Below, one piece after another: positions 31,345 to 42,035 of a stretch of DNA of 64,000 nt. Every line of letters begins with the position of its first letter. Position 1 is the first letter of the stretch. The notes under the pieces were generated by a model that was given only the letters and a program-made list of their open reading frames with translations, did no database searches and was not told where the DNA came from. This DNA is from Rhynchopus sp. YZ270_cl-10 (Eukaryota). Both the position numbers and the translations under genes were made by a program. The DNA lies in contig OZ037833.1 of the NCBI GenBank assembly GCA_964035575.1, forward strand, positions 1,612,001 to 1,676,000. The letters run 5' to 3'.

Positions 31345-34121
31345 TTAGAACTGTTGGGTCTTGCTGCTGCTGCTGGTGGACCTGCTGGCTGTGGTCGTTG
31401 TCGTGATGGCTGAGCTGGTAGGTGAGGAGGCGGCGCCTGACGTGGGCGAGTCGACCCTCCCTTGCCCCGCTCTTTGCATCGGTGCAGGTGGCGGCTGTGT
31501 TTTTTGTGTTGTGTTTAATAATAACTACCGCGTCGTACCCTAAGAACCCCAAGACCAAAAGGCTTTTATTTCATTTTTGACCCCCTGTGGCTGCATACCT
31601 TCTCTGGACGTGGCTCAGGCGACTCTCCCACCCCCGCATCGGTGTGCATGGACGACTTAGCCGAGACGGGCCCCCTTGGGCTAACAGCGCTGGAGCTGCT
31701 GGAGCGGCTCTGTGCTCTCTTGAGGCCTGAGGCGGAGAGGCTGCGCTTTGGGGGTGGTGGCTTTGGGTACGAGGGGCCGGGAGACTGTGTGCGTGTTGTG
31801 ACAACGGCTGCAGGGATCACAGGCTTCGGTGGCGGCGGTGGGGGGCGTTTGTTGAGCGGCAGCGACGCGATGGACGCTGGGCGCGAGGCTGGCTCAGAAC
31901 CACCCAATGCGAGCGGCAGGTCCAGCCCTGTAGACTGATGCGACTGGTGCGACAGCTTGCGACGCACAGGGCTCTTCCGTGGCGACGCCTGTGGGCTGGG
32001 GGCACGCTCCAGGTCTTCGATGCGTTTCCGCATGTAGGCGAGCTCGTCTTCTAGACGGGTGGTTTTGTTGCGCAGGTCGGCGTTCTCCTTTGCGAGGGCG
32101 GCGTCTGCTGAGCGGGTGTGCGATTGGCTGTCGCGGAGTGATGTGTCGGCGTGTTCGGCTCGTTCGCGCCAGTCTTGTGCGTCGGCTTCGGTGCGGAGCT
32201 TCTCCTCGACAAGGATCTGCTGTCTGCGGTCCAGCTTGACAAGCTCCTCGTGGAACTCTCCTTGCAGGCGGGAGCGCTGCGACTCAAGCTCCTCAACGCG
32301 GCGGGTCGCCTGCTTCAGCTCCTTCGCCATGACCACCGTCTCGCCCTGCTCCTTCCGCCACGCACGTTCACGCTTCTCGGAAGCCCGCCGCACCTCCTCC
32401 TTCTCCTTCCCCAGCCGCACCACATCACTGCGCAGTCGCAACAACGTCGCGTCCATCACATTCCTGTACATCTCAAACTCCTGCTTCACCACTGCAGCCT
32501 CCTTCACCGCATCCGCCTGCACAGAGGCGGACCGTGCTCGGGTCTTCTTGCGTTCCTCAGGGACCACCTCGGCTGTGGTGGTGGGGAGGTTCTTCTTGAT
32601 CGACGCATATGTAAAAGAATTGCCCACATGCGCGGTATTGACAGGAGAGTTAGACAGCACTGCGGTGTCCTCTTCATAGCGCAGTGGCGAGCGTGCCCTG
32701 GCTGCACCGGGCTGCTTCACGACATGATGTGTCACACAGCGACGTGGCGACATCGAGAGGTTGTCCCCCGCACGACGCGGCGAACTGTTCTGCTTCTGCA
32801 GTGCAGGCGACCTGGATGCATTCGTAAAGTCCAACCCGATGACAGGAGTAGGCGGCTCGGTACCGTCCGTCAACTGGCTGGTACTATGCGCGTTGTGTCC
32901 ATTCCACCCAAGCAAACTAGAATGATGCGTCCTCGTTGGACTCACCCTTGGCTGCGACCTTTTGTACAGTGCTGCCTCTGGGTGCAGAAAGGGCGACCGC
33001 GTCATGCGCTTATCCTGGTCGACCTCTGCAGACTTATCCAAAGAGGCTGTGGCCAAGGAAGACTCGCCACTGTCAAGCCAGGTTGCAGTCTCGGAGAGAA
33101 CCTCGGCCTCTCGGAAGGAGTCGCCCGCTTTGTGCACACCGGCGAACGGTGCGTAGGGTGTGAGGCAGGTCATGAGTGCGGCCTGGTGCTGGCCGCTGAG
33201 GGCAGAGCGGAGGAAGTGTGTGAGGCGGTGGCGCTGGTAGGGTATGCTGGCAAACTTCTCGTCAATCGCAGACATGCAGTTCTTGAGGGAGGTGCGAAAG
33301 CCGATTGGGCCCTGCGCACCACCGCCCTTAGGCTGCAGCACTGCAGGCTCGCTGCCAAACGACACAAAGTGGAGCCAATGAAGCTTCGACACACCCTCCG
33401 GTTCACGCGACGCCTCAACACAAAAACTCAGCACCGTCTGCCCAGTATGCGTCTTATTCAACACTGATTGGATCAGTTGCAGTGCTGACGCTGTGTTCGG
33501 AAGCTCCCGAAGCTTCGCATTTTCAAACACCATCGACTTTGTTTTTCTACATTCTGCAAGACTGGGGGCACGACGCGGGGACTTCCCCCTTCTTGGCCCA
33601 GCATTGGGGGTGGAGACTGCGCCGGGTCCTTCTGCTAAAAGGTCGATGATTTGGTCGGGTTGGATGACAGCCGCGCCGAAGTGGACTGTCCAGGTGTGTG
33701 AGGTGTCGCCTGCGAGGGATTGGAGGTCCATGTAGAGCTGGTCCACTGCGCAGCTGAGGAGGCCTGGGTGGTGGGGGGCACCTTCGAAGAGCCAGTTGCG
33801 GGCGAGGTTGCCGCCGTCGAAGAGGACGTAGCCGGCCCCGTTCGTGCCGCTTGTCAGGTTCGACACCATGCCGGACACGCCCAGCTCGTAGTAGGCCTGC
33901 CGGTGTGTCGCCGCGATCGGTAGAACACTGCAAGGGTGTGTGCTCCGCTTCACGACCTCGCCCTCACGTCGCTCCAAGAGTGTGTACCCCGGTATGCCGT
34001 CCTCGCGTGCCACCTCGTACCGTTGTACCAAGTCCGCACGTTCCTGCACACTGCTCTCACCCCTCGCATGACACATACTCACCATCTCATCTCTCCCAAC
34101 GATTTTTACTAAGGTGCGCAT
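31345..34121 (-). CDS. Kinesin-like protein with degenerate motor domain and coiled coil; intron 31495-31598
   Basis: IIDLL, LHFVSFGSE (cf. LVDLAGSE) and IPYQRHRLTHFLRSALSG (cf. IPYRDSKLTRLLQDSLGG); no GxxGxGKT P-loop. A GTATGC...ACAG intron gives last exon PPPAPMQ...KTQQF*. Confidence 0.75.
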
Positions 34122-34328
34122 TGTAGCGCACCAAATGCGTTGGGTTTTCTGTGGGTTGGTGGAGAAGGGAGGGAGGAGGGGAGGGGAGAGAAGGAAAATA
34201 TCATCGTTGTTTTTTGTACACGTTAGCATGCGTATATAAATAAAAATTCGGCTAGTAAAGGTAAGATGTAGCATAAACTTCTCTTGGTCGCCTATAAAAA
34301 TAGTACACTATTCTTTCAAAAACAGACA

Positions 34329-34865
34329 TCACCAATCCTCATCCAGGTCCTCCACCGAAGGTCGCGCTGGAGACGGTGATGTTATATCTGTGTGGATTTT
34401 CCTTGCGTGCGTGAGGAGGTCGGAACAGAGCTCTCTTGCCGAGGACATTTGGTAGAGTGCGAAGAAGGAGGAGAGGATTGCGAGGGTGGGGACGGGGCGG
34501 CAAAGTGAGGCACGAACAACACTCATAAGACGACCAGAGACGACCACAACGAATGCCACAAGCTTGACAAGACTGAACGCCGTTTCGAGCACATCACCAG
34601 GGAACGTGACCACCTTTCTGACTATAATGCGTGTAGTCGACGGTGTGTTCAGCTCATCAAACACCTGTCTCAGGTCGTCCGGATGCATGCACGACAGCTG
34701 CTGCGGGGTGATCCCCATCCTCTCTGCCCTATCCACAAACCCATACGCCAGCTCCAGCTCATCCTCCCCTCCAGCTAAAATACATGGCAACACAGCCATG
34801 TCAAATCTCTGCTTCGCCCATTCGTACAGCATCGCATAATGAGAAAATCGGTGGAGTGTGTCCAT
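34329..34865 (-). CDS. Hypothetical protein with two C-terminal hydrophobic segments (178 aa)
   Basis: ORF in cluster orientation with a pyrimidine tract upstream. Confidence 0.65.
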   Translation of the reverse strand: MDTLHRFSHYAMLYEWAKQRFDMAVLPCILAGGEDELELAYGFVDRAERMGITPQQLSCMHPDDLRQVFDELNTPSTTRIIVRKVVTFPGDVLETAFSLVKLVAFVVVVSGRLMSVVRASLCRPVPTLAILSSFFALYQMSSARELCSDLLTHARKIHTDITSPSPARPSVEDLDEDW

Positions 34866-35272
34866 TGTGTTGTTTCCACCTAAGGGAAGGTTTGGGGTGA
34901 GTCAGAGTTGAGGAAACAAAGAAAAAGAAATGGTGAACGATAAGGTCGTTTTTTGACGTATTGGGAGAAGCCCTTTAGGGGGGGGAAGCAGCAGGTTTAA
35001 ACGTTGTCGATTTCCTCATGATTTTTTGCTTGAGGCGTAAAAAAAGAGGGGAGGGGGGAAGAGCGTATTCAGGTTAGTAACTGTGTCAGCAATTCTCAAA
35101 TCGGGAGAGAAAAAAAAAATACGGAAATAAGTCGAAGACAGATTTTTGACCCATTTCGTTTCTTGAAGCGAAGCTTGTTGGTATAAAAAAAAGAGAGGAA
35201 AAAAAAAAAGATTAAATTTGACTTCCTTTTGAGGTCGTCCTCTCCCCATCCCTTTCCCCAAAAACCCTTTCC

Positions 35273-37243
35273 TCAATCCGCCTTCTTTGCTGCGAGCGAA
35301 TTTAGGGAACTTTCCCTCAGTTTGCCTTGCGCTTTGCGGAGGCCTTTTAAGCCGGACATAGCCCCAGAGAAGGCTGCTGTTGCAACACCACCCACCATTT
35401 CTGTGGAGAGGAGTGGGGGTGTCCAGACCTGGGTCTGCGCATTCCAGCCGCGGTCAGGGTGTTTTGCGAATACTAGGTGCAGAAGTTCCTCCTTTGCGAA
35501 GGGCGCTATTGAGGCTTTATCTTTGACAGCGGTGTTGTTGATTTTTATTAGACGGTGCCCAAGCATCTTTTCCAGACCGTTTTCGTGCGACGACGAACCT
35601 TCTACACAACCACTCAAGACCAATCGGGATCCGGGGGCAAAGCAGATTCCTAGCTTTTGTTCTGGTGTTTTGTGTAATACGATTTCACAGAAGTCTTCTA
35701 GTAAATTCGACGCAGAAGACGCCAGCGAGGTCGGCGCAGACGGTGACATGGACACCGACACATTCCCTCTACTTGGCGTCATTGCTGAGATCACAGAGGC
35801 CACCTCTGATTCTTCTCCTACCTCCCCTCCCCCTTCTTCTTCAATTTCTTCTTCCTTGGCGTCTAATCTGCGTAGCACCTCCATCCCCGCTTGGCTTTGG
35901 ATCGACACCCATCCAGCAGGGTTGGTGAGCCGAGCACGACCTGCCTTGGTGATCTCCTCCACCTCTACCATCATCCCCTTTTCCAGACGGCATAGCTCCC
36001 TGCTATGCCTTCCTACGTTCTCCCGCACCACCGCCCCCTCCACCACCACCTCCATCACAACCACCGCCAAAACCCTCTTTGCATCTTGCTCCAACCCACG
36101 AAGGCCTGCTCTTGTGTAGTCCTCCCCAGCTTTGACCTTGAATCTCGCTGCCACCTCGGTTGTCTTCAGTTCTAATAGGTCGTATTCTCTGAGAAGCGCG
36201 CACCGTTCCAGCATTTCCTCCTCCATATTGAAGGTAAGGAGAAGTGTGTAGCGTTGGTGTTGTTCTGTTGTGATGCCGGCGGATCGAACGGTCGCTTCGG
36301 TAGCAGAAAAGAAAGAGGTGGCGAAGGAGAGAAGATGGTCCGCATGGTGGTGGTGCTGTGTGGTCACAATATCGGCACGCTCTGTGGATTCGTTGTCTTG
36401 CAGGTTTCTGCGGATGTCAACTGTTGCCGCAATGATCCGCCCTTCAAACTCTGTTCCCGCAAGCCCCCTGCGGGCCGATGCTTCCTCGGAGAGCAGCGCA
36501 TACCGTACGTCCCCTTCTCTGTCGTAGTAGAGCTGCCGGTCGCTCACCTCATCCCACAGACGGAGTGTTGTGTTTGAAAAGTGTGTTGCCTCGTCAGCTT
36601 CGATGTCCCTCCTCCCTTCTGTCTCGCCATGTGCCACTCTCCTCCTCTCCGTTAACAAAACCCTCTTCCGATCCATATCCCTCTCTCTTGCCAAAGAAAA
36701 CCACTCTTGGCTACAATGTGAGCCCACCTTAGCGCGTTGCATTTCCTCGTTGTTTATGATGCCGTTGAGAATCTCAGAAAGCGGTTTTTGAGGGATTGGA
36801 GTGGGAGTGTTCTCTTCGTCGGAGATCGGGTCGTTGAGGGCATCCCATGGAAGGTCTGCCGGAGGGGGAGGAGGGTCGAATACGGTGACTGAAGAGCGTG
36901 CAGGCTTGCGGAGAGGGTGGTGTTGGGACGGTCGGGGTTGAGTGAGTTCAATGTTTTTGATGTTGGAGGCCCCACCAAGGGTACCCCCTTCCCACCATTT
37001 AGGGCGCTGCCGTTTCGCAGTGGCCGTCTGTTTCATCTCCGTAACCACCTCTTTCAATGTGTAGTCCGGAAAATAAGCCTTTGCAGTAAAATACAAAATC
37101 GCTCCGGTCATCGGCGTCACCACCAATAACAACACCCGTCGCAAAAAGGGGTCCGACTGCTCGATGTTGTCACCCTGAACATCGCGTACCAACACCGCTA
37201 AGGACAACACAAAGAGCATGAAGTGGGAGTCTAGCGGTGCCAT
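35273..37243 (-). CDS. Membrane-anchored protein with E..R..I repeats, SH3-like and PDZ-like domains (656 aa)
   Basis: N-terminal signal/TM segments; SH3-like GAVVRE...LEKGMMVEV...RARLTNPAGWVS; PDZ-like KLGICF...VEGSSSHENGL...LIKINN. Confidence 0.75.
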   Translation of the reverse strand: MAPLDSHFMLFVLSLAVLVRDVQGDNIEQSDPFLRRVLLLVVTPMTGAILYFTAKAYFPDYTLKEVVTEMKQTATAKRQRPKWWEGGTLGGASNIKNIELTQPRPSQHHPLRKPARSSVTVFDPPPPPADLPWDALNDPISDEENTPTPIPQKPLSEILNGIINNEEMQRAKVGSHCSQEWFSLARERDMDRKRVLLTERRRVAHGETEGRRDIEADEATHFSNTTLRLWDEVSDRQLYYDREGDVRYALLSEEASARRGLAGTEFEGRIIAATVDIRRNLQDNESTERADIVTTQHHHHADHLLSFATSFFSATEATVRSAGITTEQHQRYTLLLTFNMEEEMLERCALLREYDLLELKTTEVAARFKVKAGEDYTRAGLRGLEQDAKRVLAVVVMEVVVEGAVVRENVGRHSRELCRLEKGMMVEVEEITKAGRARLTNPAGWVSIQSQAGMEVLRRLDAKEEEIEEEGGGEVGEESEVASVISAMTPSRGNVSVSMSPSAPTSLASSASNLLEDFCEIVLHKTPEQKLGICFAPGSRLVLSGCVEGSSSHENGLEKMLGHRLIKINNTAVKDKASIAPFAKEELLHLVFAKHPDRGWNAQTQVWTPPLLSTEMVGGVATAAFSGAMSGLKGLRKAQGKLRESSLNSLAAKKAD

Positions 37244-37537
37244 ATTTTGTTTTGTTTTTGGTTTAGTTTCGGTATTTCCCTTTTGCCCAAAAGGGGCACC
37301 CTATAGTGGTGGTGTGTGGGTAGGGGGTAGGAAGATAGGGTGAATTGGTGTAGTTAAAAAAAAATGCGTGGCCTGTTTTTTTTTTTTGCGTTCTGTGCAG
37401 AGGAGTCTAAAAAATGTTGCGTTATCGTGGCGTCAGGAACCTTTGGGTACCATGACCAAAACCGCTAAACCGTTCTGTGACAAAAAAAAACTACGATTTG
37501 ATCTGGAACCTTTGTTCCTGCAAGAGAAGGCATACAC

Positions 37538-38566
37538 TCAAACACGTCCCTCAATGGTGTAGTCGTACCCAGCAACCGGGATAAACGCGGGTTTGCTGGG
37601 ATCTTTGCTTTCGAAGGCGAAGGCAACGGTTTCGGCTATTCCGCCTTCGTCGTCCTCTTCTTTGGATGTAACGTTCAGTTGGAAGTGGATGTGTGGCCAG
37701 GGGGCGAAGCCGACTGATCCTGTTTGAGCAATCACCTGCCCCTTCTCTACTTTGTCACCCTTTTTGACACGCGCTGAGCCCTGCTGCAGATGCAGATAGC
37801 ATGCCTGCGAGCCGTCCGCATGCACGACAACGATCTCATTATACCCTGTGAACAGATGGTTGATGTGCCCCCCAGCGCGGTTGTGTTTATCCAGCACTGT
37901 CTTCACCACGCCGTCCAACACTGCCGTCACCAAGGTCCCTTCTTCACACTCAAAATCCACCGAATGCGTTGAGTACATCCCAAAATGCGTCAACCCCCCT
38001 TCAAACCCTTGCCCACACCGCCACACCTCAGCATCACTTTCCCCTCTTATGGGGAGGCCTATTAATAAGAAGTTCTCTGGGTAAGGGCACGGATGCGGAT
38101 CAATGGGGATGTCCATCCAGGAAGCACCCTTCACCTTAAGCTGTGTACGCTGTGTCGGGCCCTTGGTGATGCGGAAGGCACCGAGCCATTGCCCTGGGGG
38201 TGGGTGGATGACAAAGGTATTGACCTCCTCCATGGTGCAGTCGGTGTCGGTTGTGTACCATGTCATGGGGTATGCCGTGCCGTGGCAATCCACACACGTG
38301 TTGCCTTCGGGCAACGTGATCACAAAGGAGTAGTCCGACTGTGTAGCGTTGTACACAAGAAACACGCCGTCCCCGTTAATAACAAAGTCTGTCGTATCCG
38401 GCTTCACTGCCACCGACGATGGAAGCGTCTCCAGTGCACCCTTGCCGCACAGATTGGCGCTCTCCGCAGTGATGACATGTACATTCGAATCCTCAGGCAT
38501 CTCAAAGTTGATCCCAATCTTCAATTCCGGCCGTTCGCAGTCACTCAACAATGTTGTGTCCGACAT
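37538..38566 (-). CDS. Peptidase M23 (LytM/lysostaphin-type) family protein
   Basis: HSVDF zinc motif, GTLVTAVLDGVV, YLHL, VKKGDKVEKGQVIAQTGSVG and the HxH motif PHIHF. Confidence 0.9.
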   Translation of the reverse strand: MSDTTLLSDCERPELKIGINFEMPEDSNVHVITAESANLCGKGALETLPSSVAVKPDTTDFVINGDGVFLVYNATQSDYSFVITLPEGNTCVDCHGTAYPMTWYTTDTDCTMEEVNTFVIHPPPGQWLGAFRITKGPTQRTQLKVKGASWMDIPIDPHPCPYPENFLLIGLPIRGESDAEVWRCGQGFEGGLTHFGMYSTHSVDFECEEGTLVTAVLDGVVKTVLDKHNRAGGHINHLFTGYNEIVVVHADGSQACYLHLQQGSARVKKGDKVEKGQVIAQTGSVGFAPWPHIHFQLNVTSKEEDDEGGIAETVAFAFESKDPSKPAFIPVAGYDYTIEGRV

Positions 38567-38925
38567 TTTTATTCCGGAGGTTTGTTCTGTTGTGTAGGGT
38601 TGAGGGCAGGAGGAGGAGGAGGAGGAGGGGGGTGAGGAGGAGAGAGTGTTAAAGAAAATGCCAGGAATTTGTCGTCATCCCCACACCATACCCCAACCCG
38701 CGTTTCAAAAACGCTGGGGGGTGTTTTATGTATTCAGTTAGACATCGAATCGGATAGGAAAGAGACAAGGTACATCGGTAAAGACAACACAAAACAGGCA
38801 GGGTGTTTTACAGACAACATCCCACGCAGCTGCCTGAGCTTTCCTTTTTGAAAAAACTGTATTAGTATACAAAGAGTTGATCAGCCACATTGTGTGTCAA
38901 ATGCAAACGCTTAGCTCTTACCCTC

Positions 38926-39543
38926 CTATTCGATCTTCACAAACCGGATCCGATTTTTCTTTTTCTTTGGCGGCTGTGGTGGGGACGGCACGGGCACCAC
39001 TGCCTCGGGCTCAACCACCTTTTCCTTCTCCTTTTCCTTCTCCTTCTCCTTCTCCACTTCCTCCTCTTTCGGCGTAGGCGGAGGCGAAGGTGTTGCCCCT
39101 GCCAGCACCGACGGAGAAACAGGCGGTTGATGCGGCGCTTGAATGGGCTCCTCTGGGGGCTGCTGTGGGGACATGGGTGGGGACAGTGCTACGAGATGCG
39201 CAGCTTCTTCGCCAGGGAGCGGTGCATCGGGTATGGGTTCTTCTTCCCGAGGACGCTTCCTGGCCACCTTTTTGTGAGGGTATTTTACAACAATGTTGCA
39301 CAAAGCACGCAGCGCGGCAGAGATGTCCTGCGCTTCTAACGTATGCGACCCACGGTGTCTCGCAAGCCTGCACGCCAGGTCAGCCACCTTCCCCATGAAC
39401 ACCGTCCCTGCCTGTTCTACCATGGCAGACGCATCGGTGGACAGCTGTGCATGTGTGATACCACCTCCCTCCATAGCCCCCGCCACTTCCGACACCAAAA
39501 GTGCAAGTGACACCGGGTTCACCGCCCGTTCATTCGCATCCAT
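38926..39543 (-). CDS. TAF12: TAF12-like histone-fold protein
   Basis: FMGKVADLACRLARHRGSHTLEAQDI resembles the TAF12 pattern F...V...AC.LAKHR.S.TLE.KD; followed by a P/E/K-rich tail. Confidence 0.7.
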   Translation of the reverse strand: MDANERAVNPVSLALLVSEVAGAMEGGGITHAQLSTDASAMVEQAGTVFMGKVADLACRLARHRGSHTLEAQDISAALRALCNIVVKYPHKKVARKRPREEEPIPDAPLPGEEAAHLVALSPPMSPQQPPEEPIQAPHQPPVSPSVLAGATPSPPPTPKEEEVEKEKEKEKEKEKVVEPEAVVPVPSPPQPPKKKKNRIRFVKIE

Positions 39544-39723
39544 CCTCACCTCTGTGGACTAATAGGGTGAGAAAAAGGGAGGCAAAAAAAACAAAACATA
39601 AAAAAATCATCCTTTTTTTGTACATTCTAGATAGAGAAACCAGCTATCAAAAAAAAATGGTAGCTGTGAAGACACCCTCAATATACGACAAAACGCTCCC
39701 TGAAACACACCCACAACACATTT

Positions 39724-40467
39724 CTATTTCATGTACATCGCAGTGTCGGTCAACCCTGGGGCGACGGTGTGGTGCAGTTTGCAGTTCGCATCGGCACATC
39801 TGGTGCCTGCGGGGCAGATGCTTACCATCGAGACATCAGGAGCACCTATGGGACGCACAACAGTACCGTTAATCGCAGCAGACTCATGCCGCACATCCCA
39901 CACTGGGCTACCAGGGGGGTGCACTGGGGGTGGTCCGAAGTCTATCTGTGGCAGATGCTTCACGGCAACATGCTTCGGCGCGCACGCATATGAACCTATA
40001 TTGCCGTCCCTCCGATACAGCTCAAACAGCGCCACCTCGTCGTACGCAGACACCAATGCGCTTTTCTGTGCCTCCGTCCCTTCATCCTTCTCCTTCTCCT
40101 TCTCCCTCTCCGGTTCAGTCGCGACCTGAGAAATCGGTGCGGTCACCACAGACGCTGGTATACTCCGCCACGAACATCTGTTGCCAGCCTCATCGTTGGT
40201 GTGTGCAGTGGGGCGCAGGAGCTGCTCCTTCAGTCGTGTGTTCTCTTCGTTCATGCGCTGCACAACGAGACCGAGACCCTTCGCTCCGTCGGTAGAGGTG
40301 CCGGTGCGTTCGGAGAGAAGCTCGGACGTCAAATCTTTTACAACACTTCGCAAGCGCGCAATCTCGTCATCCTTAGAGCAAAGCTCTCTCTCCAAACGGA
40401 GGACCCGGGTGCGAAGATCGGCCTCTCCTGTGCGTGCAAGGATGGCTGAAGTATGTCGGTTCTGCAT
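39724..40467 (-). CDS. Coiled-coil protein with C-terminal CCCH zinc finger
   Basis: N-terminal heptads; CPAGTRCADANCKLHH (C-x5-C-x4-C-x3-H). Confidence 0.7.
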   Translation of the reverse strand: MQNRHTSAILARTGEADLRTRVLRLERELCSKDDEIARLRSVVKDLTSELLSERTGTSTDGAKGLGLVVQRMNEENTRLKEQLLRPTAHTNDEAGNRCSWRSIPASVVTAPISQVATEPEREKEKEKDEGTEAQKSALVSAYDEVALFELYRRDGNIGSYACAPKHVAVKHLPQIDFGPPPVHPPGSPVWDVRHESAAINGTVVRPIGAPDVSMVSICPAGTRCADANCKLHHTVAPGLTDTAMYMK

Positions 40468-41992
40468 AGGATATGCTAAAGTATTCTGGGGGCGAGGCGG
40501 GCGGAGGGGGAGAGAACAGAAAATAGATCCGCCCTTTTTAGTGTATTAATGTTTCATAAAGAACATTGCGCTGTGGTTTGGGGGGTGTGTGTGAAAGTTA
40601 GAAGTTAGTGAGAAAAGGGGGGGGAAATCTACATTTTATTTTTCTCATGTTTTTTGTTTTTGTATTTTTTTTTGGGGGGGTATAGTTTTGGGGGGTTTTC
40701 TTTTCGCGCAACAAAAATAACCGGAACCTTCGGCTATTGCCTTCAAAACTGAGGATGAAAAAAATGCATTTACACATGGATAAAAAAATAACAAAAACAA
40801 AAGCAAGGGCACAACAGCTGGAACCACTATGTTGTACCCCGTTTTCCCCGGTGGTGTAGCGTACGGAAAATACGCAGTTATTTCACCATTATAGGGAATG
40901 TGGCCCGGCAGTGAGTGGCTGTTGGTTTTGGTTTGAAAAACTTGTTGAAAAATATTTTTTTTGACTAAAATTGTTTGGAGCAATGTGGTCGCCACTCTGA
41001 AAGCTTCCACCATCCCTAATACTAATCATTGTTCCTTCCTTCGTAACGGCGTCTACACTCCACTCAAAAAAGAAATACATACAAAAGGGAAGACATTTTG
41101 TCCACCGAAAAAAAAACTTTGAACTTCCGAAAAAGTGGTCTAGTATTTTTTGCCTGTTAAAAGCAAAAAAAGAGAGAGGGAGAAGAAAGAACAAAACAAC
41201 GCCTTCCCCGTGGAGATGCGTATTCTTTCAAAAAAGAGAAGAAAAAGAAAAAGAGAAATGGCAAACAGAGGTGGCTGAGAACCCACCCCTCCTCCACCCC
41301 CATTCCGTTCGTAGGCAACGGAGGAGGGCAGAGGAGGGGGGAAGAGTAACCCAAATATGCACAACACTCTTTTGCCGTCCCTCTCCCCCCATCCCCATCC
41401 CCTCCCCATTTTCCAGCCCGGTCCCCTGTATTGTGAGAGCTGCACGACGGTGAAGTGAATTACTTGGCATGTGGCTTAATACACAAAGCCAAGTCATATA
41501 CTTCACAGTCGTGGAGATATGTACAAGGTGTGTTTTTTTTTTTTTTTTTGTAAAGCGTCCCAGGTTAAAGTTATATTGCAGAGTGGTCGAAGGTCACCTT
41601 GGTACGTCTTTTTTTGGCCTTTTTTTTTTTTTTGCTTTCCTTCGAACTCACAAAACAATGAAAAACACATTGCACAGAACAAAAAGCGCAAACCCTTCCC
41701 GGTTCTTTTCCCCCCCTTTCCCCCCCTCCCCCCTCCCCTCTCTCGACCTGAGAAATGAAAATAGAAGGTTAGCTAGAGGATCCGAAGCCTGTAGCCGTGC
41801 TCAGTCAACTCAAAGCATTTCAACATATGCAAATCAATGAATTGATAGCATAGGAGGAGGGGGATCAAGAAAAGAAGAAGAAAAAATCATACCACGCATA
41901 ATTGAGTGCTATCTTCCGTGCAGGAGTTACCCAAATGCTTTTAAAAAATACACTCCCCCACTACCCTTCCCAATATTGAACAAAAAAAAGAG

Positions 41993-42035
<43 letters not shown>

